A stretch of DNA of 64,000 nt from Selaginella moellendorffii (Eukaryota; Plantae; Lycopodiophyta): assembly GCF_000143415.4 (NCBI RefSeq), contig NW_003314265.1:3277383-3341382 (forward strand), in the 5' to 3' direction. Made by a program: the position numbers and the translations under genes. Position 1 is the first letter of the stretch. Each line of letters begins with the position of its first letter. Below the pieces are notes generated by a model. That model ran no database searches. It had not been told where the DNA came from and worked only from the letters and a program-made list of their open reading frames with translations. Of this stretch, positions 10,625-22,870 are shown in pieces.

Positions 10625-12073
10625 CTAAGATCGTCTTTGACAGATAGATGCTCTCAGTGGGTTCTTCATCTGAACCGTGAAGACTGTTCTCGGGCTTAGA
10701 TCCACTTCCTTGCCTTCGGCTCTCCACTCGAATGCCTGGACCAAGTTGGCGACAATGAGATGAACGTGTAGCATTCCGAGGTGCTTCCCGGGACAATCTC
10801 GCCTTCCAGCTCCAAACGGGATCATGCTCATTCTCTTGCTCAACTCGGTCTGCTCGAAGAACCTTTCCGGCAGGAACTTGTCGGGATTCTTCCAAACGCC
10901 TGCATCGTTGGACAGGCTCTGGAGATGAACCACCACAGTGCTTTCCTTGGGGATGTCATATCCTGCGAGCTTGGTTGCGTGAACCGGCGTGCGAGGCGCA
11001 GACAAGTACACCGGAGGGTGTTTTCTCAGAGCCTCCTTGACGACCGCATGCAGGTATGGCAGCTTTGGCAGATCAGCAACTTTCACCCCGCTTTTCTGCC
11101 CGACGTTTTCAGCCAGCTCTCGAAAGACTCTCTCCTGTATTCCTGGGTACTTGATCAGGTTGGCCATACTCCATTCAACACAGTTGGTGGTGGTGTCAGC
11201 CCCGGCAATGAAGAGCTCCCTCACGAGAACAGCTAAGTCGAGGTCGACATCCTCCAAGTTCTTCCCTTGGAGTGAAAGCAAAGTCTGGACGTAGCTTTCG
11301 CTGGCCGCTGGACATTCTCGGGACAAGAGCCCTTTGAGCAGCTGGTTTTGACGTACCAAGAAGCTCTTCTGCTTGGTGTGGCTAGTGAAGACTTTGAGAA
11401 ACGGAACCAGATCCCCGAGCACAGGATGCAGCATCGTGGTGGCCTCCTTCATCAGAGCGTTGAGCTCCTCCAACTTGGCCTCCTCCAACTTTCGTCCAAA
11501 GCATACAAAGCTCAGGATCTGGAAGAGAACGCACCTTACACTCACGGACAGGGACTCGACAGTGCCGCCGGACTGTTTCGCCTCGGATGCAAGCTTTCGC
11601 ACCAGATCTTCCGCGGCTTGTTCTTGGACCGGAGCGAAGCCGCTCATCACCCGCGGGCTCAGGATGCCACTCACCAAATTCTTCCTCGTGGCTCGCCAGT
11701 GGACTCCATACGGCGACGAGTTGATGGTCTTGAAGCCGCTGGTGAGCAGCCTCATGGAGGGGACGTCGGGCCTCGAGGCAAGCACCGAGCCTTTCTCGAC
11801 CAGCGCCTCGCGAGCGATGTCGGGGCTGGAGATGAGGATGGTGGCGACGGAGCCATTCCAGAGCGTGACGATGGGGCCATACCTCGCGACCAGCTGCTGG
11901 AACTTTTGTGGATCGGAGAGGAGCCGGGGGATCTCACGCATGGATCCAAGAACAGGCCAGCCGATCGGGCCGGGTGGCATTCGCCGGCGGAGATTCAAGT
12001 GCTGGAGGAAGAACAAGCTCCATGAAGCGAGAGCGAGCAACGCGATTGTGGCCACTAGCGCTGCAAGGTCCAT
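10625..12073 (-). CDS. Cytochrome P450, CYP71 clan (intronless; CYP77/CYP89-like)
   Basis: N-terminal TM helix, PPGP hinge, I-helix AGADTT, ExxR (EALR), PERF, heme motif PFGAGRRDCPG. Confidence 0.95.
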   Translation of the reverse strand: MDLAALVATIALLALASWSLFFLQHLNLRRRMPPGPIGWPVLGSMREIPRLLSDPQKFQQLVARYGPIVTLWNGSVATILISSPDIAREALVEKGSVLASRPDVPSMRLLTSGFKTINSSPYGVHWRATRKNLVSGILSPRVMSGFAPVQEQAAEDLVRKLASEAKQSGGTVESLSVSVRCVLFQILSFVCFGRKLEEAKLEELNALMKEATTMLHPVLGDLVPFLKVFTSHTKQKSFLVRQNQLLKGLLSRECPAASESYVQTLLSLQGKNLEDVDLDLAVLVRELFIAGADTTTNCVEWSMANLIKYPGIQERVFRELAENVGQKSGVKVADLPKLPYLHAVVKEALRKHPPVYLSAPRTPVHATKLAGYDIPKESTVVVHLQSLSNDAGVWKNPDKFLPERFFEQTELSKRMSMIPFGAGRRDCPGKHLGMLHVHLIVANLVQAFEWRAEGKEVDLSPRTVFTVQMKNPLRASICQRRS

Positions 12074-13378
12074 GGATAAAGAAGATCTCGTGGACTAAAA
12101 ACGTGGTCTGTTTAGCTTCAGCAGGGATGGCAGACCTGACATTTTATATACGACAGATGAACGGTATCATTCCTCCAAACTTTGGACCACACTGAGCAGA
12201 ATCTAACTTGAAGCTTAAGTACACACAGGGAGAGGTTTTGAGTGTTCCACACTCCCCTTTTGTACTTTTGCTTTGGTGCCAATTCTTCTCGTCTTTGGCT
12301 GGAATACAAAGGCAGCCCATTTGACAAAATAAAAAGGGTTGAAGGAAAAAACTGTCCAGTTTTTTTTCCTTTCTCATGGATAAGCATTGTGCATGGCATT
12401 TTTATCGCCACTTGTCAAGTTGGAGATACCTTTAAGATTAGCACAACTGTCCGAACGAAATAAGTCTTAAGACTAAATTAAAAATTATAAAGCTCTTTCT
12501 ATTTAGATTTAAGTTGAAACTTTTTCTCAATAGTATATAACTTATATTATTTAAAATTAAATTAGTTTTATAATAAGAATCTAATCTATTTTAAAATTAC
12601 CAAAATATTTCCTAACATTATATTTCAAGTTGGTCACACATTTCAAAACAGTTGCAAAATGCATAAAGAATGAAAGAATGCTGAAAATTAATCTTACATA
12701 CTTAAGGAAATACAGTGCGAAAGTGATTTGGTCCTTCTTGTTAAAATATTTCAGGCTTGATAATCAACATGCCTACGCTATTCTTTCAGCAATCTTCCAT
12801 AGCTTGGGGTGTTCTGATAGTTTACATAGCATCAATCCAAACCAGATATGAGCATTTTTAAGGCTCTTCAGCCCCCCATGCTAAAGATAATATCAAGAAG
12901 CAGCAAAGAGAACAAAGTACCTCCGTAACAACCAGCAATGTGTTTCTATCTCTCGACCTTGTATTGTCTTGATCTTTTTGGCTTTCAACTTGCCTGCTTC
13001 CCCAATGAGACGCCTGTTCGATTTCATCGTCTGTGAGCTGGCTTTAGAACTCGGTTTGAGAGACAATGCACAGATCTAGATAAGTAATCAAATCTGGAAT
13101 GCATAGGTCTGGGAGTGCTGGAGACTGAAGTGGAGCAACATACCAATTCATGTAACTGTAAGAATCTTGAGACAGTTAAATAAACAGCAAAACTTTATTC
13201 ATATGAAAACTACATACGTATCAATTTATTGAGGTAGCATACGCAATCCTGGCTTCAAGTATCCACTTAGTTCTCTCCCAGAAAGGCAAAGATACCCTGA
13301 GCAACAACAAACAGCAAGTACTTCAACTTAGTGAATTAGTCTTGCAGGAGTCGTGAGCATCACTTACATGGAGCATAG

Positions 13379-13573
13379 TTAAGTCTGAGAGGATGCTCTC
13401 AAGCGGCCCAAAGATCGAATACATGTCAGGCAAATTTCCCTACCGAAGTAGGGATCGTATTTACAACAAAACCATTTGGGGCAGCTAGAATCTTGACAAG
13501 CACCACTAGCAACCATGAAGCAAGCAAGGAGGCAGAGTGTGAAGAAGCAAAGAGCTGCTGCAGTGACCTTCAT
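13379..13573 (-). CDS. Small secreted cysteine-rich peptide (64 aa, 6 Cys in the mature part)
   Basis: Signal-peptide-like MKVTAAALCFFTLCLLACFMVASG, then C-x4-C-x4-CC-x10-C-x2-C. TATA-like sequence about 45 bp upstream, candidate 3'-UTR intron 13297-13367 (GTAAGT...CTCAG), AATAAA at 13225-13230. Confidence 0.65.
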   Translation of the reverse strand: MKVTAAALCFFTLCLLACFMVASGACQDSSCPKWFCCKYDPYFGREICLTCIRSLGRLRASSQT

Positions 13574-16500
13574 CGTGTTCGCCCCTTTTTGGAATCCAGA
13601 GAGGAACACCTATGTTATTATATACCATTACTATCCGGCCACTTGGCACAGCTATTTTATTGCAAAACACTGTCGATGATGCTTTTCTGCCAGCTTGAAG
13701 ATAGATATTGTGCTTGGAGGAGGCAGAATTAGTTAAATGCTTGATGCAATATGCAATACTTTCCATCTCAAATAAGCACAATAATTTTATGAGATTATGG
13801 TTCCTAAAGTTAAATTATGATTGGGGAGGTACATGACATGCTATTGGCAACCATGAAGGAAACAAAGCGTGAGCCTGCAATTTTCTTCATAGTGAAATGT
13901 GTTAATACCAGCTTAATAGTGTTTTTCCACAATGTGAACATGACCTAATGCCTTCACAGCTGCACTTTACTATATCTAATAATTTCCTGCACGTAATATT
14001 ACAAGGTTGAAGTAGATCAATGACATGATGGATGCAATGCATAGCATAATGTTTCTTGTTGGTATGCCCTAGATAGGACTCTCCATTTGTTGAAGCATCT
14101 TTTTCTCTAGTTGTGCGGTCTTTTTCCATAGGTGTAATAGCTATGGATTTTGTTCAATTTTTCTGTCGGCTCTAGCCAGAGAAAATTTTGAGTGTCCAGA
14201 TTTCCACCACGTACGCAAAGAAATGTAAAGCTGAGTTGACATTTAAATATTTTATGCTATAAATAGAAAAAAATTATATTAAATAGCATAGTGAGATTTT
14301 TTAGCTATTGTAAAGATTTCAACCTGGACCACTCCTCTTGTATATAATCTAGGGTTTTGAAGCTAATTCTAATATACATTTTTTTTTTGTCTTCTAGATA
14401 TCTTTGACTGGCTCTAAGGAGCATTTGAATTTATACTTTATGTTTACATCATTTATATCTCTTTTACTTTTGTAGTTTTTCAATATTTTCTCTTTTTTGT
14501 TTTTCCTTTTCTTTTAATATACTCTCCCTTTGGAGCAATAATTGGTGCAGTTGCTAAATGATATATAGGTACATCTAAACAATTAGAATAGCATATGGTG
14601 CAACTTTAGAGCTGTATTTGCAAATAGAAATGAATGACTTAAATAGATAAGGAAACTCCTCCATTTATATACATGTGAGTTTTTATTAAATCCAAATTCT
14701 TTCTTTCTTTGAGCAAGATATATTTGTGGCATGATTAGCTAAAAGGGCTAAGAGGCAATGATAATTTCAAATTAAATTTAAACTTCAAGTTCATAAGTTG
14801 TAATATACTTTCTGTTATAGAGATGAAAACTATCACCATGGAAACATAAACGTTTGAGAAATTATTTTTTTGCAAATTTTAAACTTCATAAACTTGATAA
14901 TCTTGATTTATTTTCTCCTATGAGGGAGGAAGTTGTTATGTCTTCTCCCAAGAGTATATTTAATAGAAAGCTAATAAATAAAAAGAACATTTTTAATAGT
15001 TTTTTACAAAGTTTGGCTTGCTTTGGAAAGCTAGAAAAAGTGAAAAAAAAATCTTACTGTTCTAATGTTTGTTAAATTCTCAATATTAATAACACAATAG
15101 AAGAAATATTATTAAAATCATTCATAGGCATGCTCAATCTTTTAGTTTAAATTTCTCTAGAAATATGGCAAGAGTCACTAAGTTTGAAGAATAACATTTG
15201 CTGAAATTAGTTATAAAGCATTTAGAAGGTAAAGCAATCATCTTAGATTAATTAATACATAAGCTTTCATAATTTACGAGCAGTGGCAAAATGTTATCTT
15301 ACAGTGAGTAATAGATAAGTCTTCATGATTTAAGGGCTTGAGCAAGAAAATAATAAAATATAATTCTAATCCAAAGAAAATTATGAATGATATTGATTAA
15401 AGTTTTAAATTAACTATTTTATATACATGCATCTTTATTCATCATTAAAATATTTAATTATTTAATATAAATTTTAATATATTATGTTATTTTATTTTTA
15501 ACTTTTTTATTCATTTAGTAAACTGTTTGATGCTAAAACGTTTTAAGAAACTATATACTATATACGTGGTATAAAATTGTTTTATTTAAGTTAGAAAAAA
15601 ACTCAAAGAAATTTATTTGATGATTAACTATTAAATTTTTTTTATGGAAAATTAGAGTTCTATATTAAGAAAAATAAAATAAAATATAATTTGTTGACTT
15701 AACTTTTTTTAAAACAAAATACAACATTCAAGACACTATGTCAAAATATCTATACTATCCTTAATTCCAATGAGAAAGAGAAAAGAAATTTCTCTTACCT
15801 TAAAAACCTTTTTTATAAGGGTATTAGTTAATATTGAAACCATTAAACCTTTTGGGTTTTAATTTTAATTTTCCAGGTAGAGAATACTAATAATAATGAT
15901 ACTATCCCTTTGCTGTTGGAGGTCCACAACACCATGGTGTCTACTTACATTCGCATTGGAAGAAGTTCTCCCAGGGTGAACGCCTCAGTGTGGATCTAGT
16001 CGATTCTGGCATGGTTTGGCATTAAATTCTGCAGCATGTTCTATGCCTCAAACAACAAGCTCTGGACGTGCTCAAGATTGTCACAAAGAAGTTTGGTTGT
16101 GTCCACAGCGGCATTCAACCAGTATATTGGTGCAATTCAGCATGTCGTCCAATGCCAGATGCCACTGTGCTGAAGCTCAGGAATGCGTGTCGGGAGCTGG
16201 AGGCGTCATAGGTGGAATCCGAACTAGTTGCCACGCTTGAATGTCAAGTCAACTTGTCCAAGTCCTTACTCACTGTTTGTGATGTTGACTCTACCTGCGC
16301 AAAAGTCCCTGCATGATGACCTCGATCAAGCCAACGCTGAGCACAGGTTAGCACTCCTATATTTGGTCCCAGAATCCAGAGCGTCATTTCTTCACCAGTG
16401 ACTGGGGTGCGTAGCAGCATCTCCTTGCAACTTCATCCAGTCATGCATGCGGAGATGGGCTAGGTCGTTACTATTGTGCTGCAGCTGTGCGTTGTGCCTG

Positions 16501-17976
16501 AGAGGGTGGGAGGCAGGCTTACACGACCTCGAGCTATACACAGTTACCACTTCGCATGCATCCTTGCATCCATTCACATGAGTATGTGTTGGTTGTATGA
16601 GACATGTGGTGTACGTTGGGGAGGCATGGACTTCAGAGCTGCAAAGGGCTGCATCCCCAGTAAGCTGGTCAATTTTGTTATTGTAATGGCTGGTAACTTG
16701 TTCTATATTCTTTTGCAAGAGGTTGAGACTAGTCGAGCCAGATCTCCTCACGGAAATGAAACTCTGAGCCAGTCATTTTGAACACTTGGCCACATTGACA
16801 TTCACTATTCCCATGAGCTCTCACTAACAACGTGGTTTCTTAGACATGGACGACCCCAATCATCACTCACTTGGTGCTATAAATAGGACTTCTAAAATGA
16901 GAAAATTATATCTAGTTTGGCAATTAATTTTAAATATTTTTCTTAATAGTGCTTTATTTGGTATTTTTTATCTAGTTTAGCTTTTAGTGTGAGATACTTT
17001 TTAGTATACTTTCTTAAAATATTTTTAATAAAAGTGTTACTCTGTTTTTCATTAAATGTTACACATGATTTTCTTATGGTAAAATATTTAAGATTTTGTA
17101 TAGTTTAAAAAAAATAAAATGATATGGTTAGTACAAGTTTTGATTTTATCTAGTTTTAGGTTCAACTCTTGGCATACTTAACAACACCTCACTATAACAA
17201 TCAATTTGTAATAAGCAACTTTTGTGCTTTGACATACAAGAAAAATTGTTAGTACATTTTGATTACCTTAGAAAGCAAATGTTTGCTTGCCTCTTAGAGA
17301 GTGTATTTGTGTGAGAGAAAGAATATTTTGATTCCTAAAATATTTCCTATCCTCTTTCCTTGCCCCACAAGGGCAAAAAAGGGGCATTTGTGGAGAGCAT
17401 TAGAGCAATTTTTCATGTTGGAGTAAGTGTTAGGGGAGTGCTTTTCATTCCCTCAACAAATGGTGAACATAGCATGATGTACATCACTTTTTTTGGAGTC
17501 ATTTTTCTCTTTCTCTTTCTCTTTTAGCTGCAGAATTTCAAGAGTTATTTCTTGTTAGTCTTGCAGTGGATTGCTTGATCTTCATCGGGTTGGATATGTC
17601 TACTTCTCCTCTTTCTAACAAGGTATAATGCTTATCAAGCCGTGTGGTATTCAAGGAGATACAACATTTTTTGACTCAATTTTGTGAACATTTTGGGACT
17701 TATTTTTTCTTGCCTAGATTCTAGGCCCAATTTCTCAAAAAGGTGCATATGGGTTTATAAATTTAACTTAGATCTACAAGTAAAGGTGATTTTTGATGTT
17801 AGAATTGAAAGAATTTATAGCATGCAAAAAGATTTTCTTCCTTGACTAAATAGGGGTGTCTTTGTAGTAGAAATTTGGGATTTTTTGGACTTTTTTCTAG
17901 ATGTTGTTTCTTTCTAAAAATGCTTCTTGTCCTAGGCTTTGCATCAATAAATTCAACATATTATTATCAATTTAAA

Positions 17977-18141
17977 TGTAAACTTTTGAGTTTAAATTTC
18001 TTAGGAGATCACTCAGCCTAATATCATTCAAACCCAAAACCCTTAACCAATTGAAAAAGGGAGTTTGTTATTATTTATGGTTTCTCTTCATATTTGAACT
18101 CCTATAAAAAAAAATTGAGTTTTTTTCCTTGGTTGCTTATA
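17977..18141 (-). mobile_element. Degenerate solo LTR of the Cassandra-like TRIM family
   Basis: Aligns by eye to LTRs 38771-38965 and 39171-39365; flanks ttaaa/ttaga are a near-TSD. Confidence 0.6.
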
Positions 18142-18942
18142 TTAGATTATTGATATGTAGATGGTTTTTCACAATATTAATGTTTTGGGCTTTGTTTCTT
18201 GGATCTCATGGGATATTGAGGCATTTTCATTATGGATCTTGGGATAAGGTTATAGATTGGGTTGGGCTCTTTTCAATGAGCCTATTTATAGTTAGAATGG
18301 TTAAAATTGAAACTAAAATACTCATTTTCCTCTTTTAAATTAAACTTAGATCAAATTTTCTTGGGAAAGAAGCAATCTTTCCAATAGATGTGCTTAAAGG
18401 TGGGTCTTGGGATGTTAAGAGAGTTGCCCTAAAGTAAATTTACTAACTAGATTACATCTTCCATTTTCAAGCTTGTTTTTCATTATAATGAGCATTTTAG
18501 GTGACTTTAAGCAACTTGCTAAAAGGCCCAAAATAAATAAAGGGCCAAAGGCCATCTAAGCCATTTATTTTGGTTAAGGGTCCGTTCGACCTATTAGAGA
18601 AGTTTACAGCCTTACTATTCTTTTCAATTAAGTTGCCTTGATTTAGCATGTGCAATGGTTTGAGCATTTGATGCCGGTACAAACTAGGCAAGTGGCAAAT
18701 TAACACCTTTTTACCATATATTATGGTATGAAGTAAACTTTATAGCATTTAGAGCAGCTTAGGTACAACACAACACCTTCAAAAGCCAAGTCTTCTTCAT
18801 CTTTAGCAGATTCTAGTGATTTAGATCTTTAAGCTATGGTGTAGCCATCTTTAGTTTGACCCTAGCTCCATGTTTTGCAAAAAAGGAGTGATCTACTAAC
18901 CTTCTCAAGCATTGGAGTAGTCTCTCCAGCATTTTATATCAT

Positions 18943-20003
18943 TGTAGCGTATGTGATCATAGGATGAGATTTGGATATATTGTCACCGTAGATTCTTGGA
19001 ACCTTGGGGGATAAATGGGGATAAAATAGCCATTAAGGGCTCTGTCATCAAACAATTGCCCTTTTTCCAGTTGGCTTAAGGGGAAAGAGATAAGATGCGT
19101 TATAGTTGGTATCAGAACAAATGGCACGGGTTCGATTTCCATTGATTAGTGGTTACTTAAAAATATAATATACCCTTGAGTAAAATATATTTCTACCCCT
19201 AAATTTGAAATCATATGTATTAGACATCCATGCATACATCCTTCCTCTTGTATGGAGTATTCACGGACGAATGTATCCACCATGAGACTATGGTATGGGT
19301 AGATGACTAGTTGCCTCACATGGAATAATTGGTCTACACAATAGAAAGATTGGTGGATTGAGTGCGGAAATGGAGGTGCTAGTTCCCCTTGGCTCAGTAG
19401 GGGTTGTTAGTCAATAGTCAATGAGGACATTGACATCTCTGAAGGGGGGGTGAGTGTAACGCATGTGATCATGAGATGAGATTTGGATATACTGTCATCG
19501 TGGATCCTTGGAACCTTGGGGGATAAATGGGGATAAAATAGCCACTAAAGGCTATTATTTTCAGAGGACCTCCATTTCTGCACTCAATCTACCAATCCTT
19601 CGATTGTGTAAACTAGCTATTTCATGTGAGGCAACTAGTCGTCCACCCGTACCATAGTCCCACGGTGGATACCTTCGTCTGTGGATACTCCACACAAGAG
19701 GAAGGACGTACGCATGGATGCTCAATACATATGATTTCAAATTTAGAGGTAGGAATATACCTTGCTCAAGGGTATATTATACTTTTTAAATAGCCACTAA
19801 TTAATGGGAATAAAATCTATGCCATTTGCTCTGATACCAATTGTAGCGCATCCTATCTCTCTCCCTTTAAATCAACTGGAAAAGGGGCAATTGCTTTATA
19901 AAAGAGCCTTTAGTGGCTATATTATCCCCATTTATCCCCTAAGGTTCTAAAGATCCACGATGACAGTATATCTAAATCTCATCCCATGATCATATGCGCT
20001 ATA
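18943..20003. mobile_element. Inverted dimer of a small TRIM (about 161-bp LTR), flanked by one 5-bp TSD
   Basis: Plus-strand copy: LTR 18943-19103, PBS tggtatcaga, PPT gaagggggggtgag 19441-19454, partial 3' LTR 19455-19553. Minus-strand copy: internal 19568-19841 with PBS gctctgatacca, LTR 19842-20003. ATCAT lies on both outer flanks. Confidence 0.85.
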
Positions 20004-20955
20004 ATCATCTATTTTGACTACTACTACACAAATATGATTGTCAATAATAATCATATATGTTGTGACTTTTTGCAATCTCTTGAAGGAAAAGTGGCAAATT
20101 GGGTAGAGTCTCTTCTCCCAGTAGATAGGGCAGAATTTTAGATGCTATTTGCTTCCTTCAAGAAACATTTCATTGAAGAAAATTTGTAAATCAATTGCTT
20201 GTCGATTTCTTTTCATTCCGGTAGGGTGCTCATGAGTCTATCCTTGACTATATCACCAGGTTTCAAGCATATTGGATTATAGAGTGGTCTAGGACAAATA
20301 GTAGAGGATCACAACATTTATAGTAGGTCTTTATAAGAACTTGCAATGAAAACTTCTCAAGAGGATATTTGGGTCTTGTCACAAGGTATTTTCATTTGCC
20401 ACAAAGTTAGAAAGAGAGCTGCTTATCAACTTAGGGATTGCCAAAGTTGAGTTTGACCTAGCCATCACCCTGGTGGAATCACTTTATGCAACTATTTGCT
20501 CATTATCACCAAAGCCTATTGCCATTAAGCACACCCCTCTGGCTATTGAGAACTTCACTAACAAGATGTGGTAGTTGAAGGAGATTATCCTATAGCAGCA
20601 ATCATATCACGACAAGCTGCTTTAGGAGCTTGTGGAGTCTAGAAAAGACATAGCAGTAGCTTAGGAATGCCAATTTAAGTCTTGTTAGTGCACTCATTAA
20701 GAGACAAATACACACATGTAGTGTTGTTTCAAGCTTCACCCAAAGCTTCAACCTCCACCATCTCAACATATCCAACAATGTCCCTTCGCTTGCACCATCT
20801 TATCGTCCAAAAACATATTGAGAGCAGTTGAAGCAATGAACGATTGAGGCAGCCCCTTCATCAAGTAAAGGTAAAGCACAAACCTCATCAGTCAATACAA
20901 TCTTGGTAGCTGAGGACAAACAATAGTAGCAAACTACAACCACTTAAGCCCAAGC

Positions 20956-22080
20956 TGTAGCGCATGTGGTTTTGACCCTTTATCCTATAGTGATTTACCA
21001 TAGGATAACACCACAAAGCGGAACCTAAACCCTCTTTGTGCCATGTGTCATATGCCACGTGTCCATAGGAACCTGAGGTTCAGGGCCTTGGGCCACTGAA
21101 TGAAGGAACGGTGCCAAACTCCCAAGCATGGAGCCAAGGAGTGACGAAAATGAACCACAGAGTAACTCCCGAGCATAAAGCCCAAGGAGCGAAAGGACAA
21201 GAGCCCGGAGTGATTTGGGACAGTCCTGGAGCAACCAGCATCCCAATGCCAGGACTAGCACACAAAACGGAGCCAAACGGAGTCTGGCGCTATTTCGGCA
21301 TACCGGTGGCCTAAAATGAGGATATGGGTACTCCACCAACTAGCATGGAATGGAACTTGGGCTTAGACCCAAGCCGGACGCAGAACAAGGACAAGCATGC
21401 AAGCAGGAGTTAAACTATGCTTTAGGTTGGTCGGCCATGCCCGACCTACCCACTATCCCTACTATACATTTGGAACCCCCTATAGCCCCCCCCCCCCCTT
21501 GAGGAACACATGCTTTGGGCTTTCACCCCAAGCCTCCCTTAGTATCAGGAGTTAGTCTCTAGGACAAGCTTGAAACTTACTAAATATGGAATGTCCCTAG
21601 ATTGCGAATTTGGACATGGGACAAACACCATTGTGTTCAGGACGATCTCTACATTCCGTAGATATGCCAAATGAGCAAATCTAGACACTTTCCATAAATA
21701 GCATTTGGGACTGAAATGAGACTAACACAAAGGGCATAATAGCGAGGGTGTTTGGTAGACACGGTAAGCTATCATCTAGCGATATTGAGGGACCAAGCTT
21801 AATATCGCGGGGGTTCCTAACACTAGCAAGTGCAAGTCAACATCATGAGTTTCTCATCAGTGTGTCAAGTTTGCTTGACTAAATGACAACTTAGGATTTC
21901 CTTCCTTAGTGCCCTTCCAGTCTAAGTGCACATGTGATGACTAGTTTCTCAACTAGCTTAGGTGGAGACTAATAACGAGTCTAGCAATACCGACCTCCTG
22001 CCATCATGGTAGTAAGGAAAGAATATCCGAAAGGACTAGCCGATAGGTAACTTTCGATACCCGAAATCACATTCGCAACA
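20956..22080 (-). mobile_element. Solo LTR (1125 bp) of the LARD-like family
   Basis: TG...CA termini, TSD CAAGC on both sides, highly similar to LTRs 28519-29664 and 34639-35774. Confidence 0.95.
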
Positions 22081-22870
22081 CAAGCAAAGAAGAAAGTGGC
22101 CACTCAGCCCATTGTGGATCCTCTGGCATTAGTTGTGAGTGATTCTCTGTCTACACCAAATTTAGTGATATAGCAAGTGGCTTGTAAACTCCCTTTCAAG
22201 TTATTGCTTTCCTCTCCTTTAGGGATCTCACCAACAATTATTCAAGTTCTAAAGCTAGTTCTTTAGCAATTGGTTGACACTTCTATCACTTTTTTGCTCT
22301 AAGAAGTGTTGTGTGTTGTCCCTATATTTAGCCAACATTTGGAGAAATTTGCACAATCAAGAACACCACAAAGCACTCTTAGCACAACCCCTCAAGGGGT
22401 GCATATCATTGATATAACAAGACATGATGGAAATCCTAGTCCTTTCTTCATCCCAATATAGATTGGTACTTCCCTTTGCAAGATGGACATTTTGGGTAAC
22501 TTTGGTTCCCGGAGTAACATTATCACTCTTGAATCTACCTTTTCAACATAGTTACAAATCATTGAGAGCTCCTCCATCGTGTTCAAGACTTTTGCCAATC
22601 ACATGATTCTTCTAGTAGGCATTTGTTGTGGGTCAAGATTTTGATATAAGGCATTATTTCTGAGGTAGATTATTAGTGTCTTGGAACATCCTTCTTGAAG
22701 GACTCTATCATCCTCGGCCACTCAAGGAAACTCACAACTCATTGCACCATCGATAATACATGAGGCAAGATGGAAATTAGCCTTGGAATCCATAGTGCCA
22801 CCTTTTTCAACAACTATGACAGAGCTCTTTCTCAACATGCCCAAAAGGCTTAGACTAAGATAGTCTCCAC

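Larger units (their letters stand above)
18700..22800 (+). mobile_element. Old degenerate LTR-retrotransposon gag region, interrupted by the TRIM dimer and a solo LTR
   Basis: PBS-like tggtatgaag at about 18724; gag-like FLQSLEGKVANWVESL...FKKHF at about 20067-20170, with many stops. Confidence 0.5.

Noticed and set aside
10625-13573. P450 + peptide as a RiPP-like biosynthetic cluster
   Set aside because: Adjacency only. The peptide is a disulfide-type secreted peptide with no repeated cores or BURP domain, and the P450 is an ordinary ER CYP71-clan enzyme.
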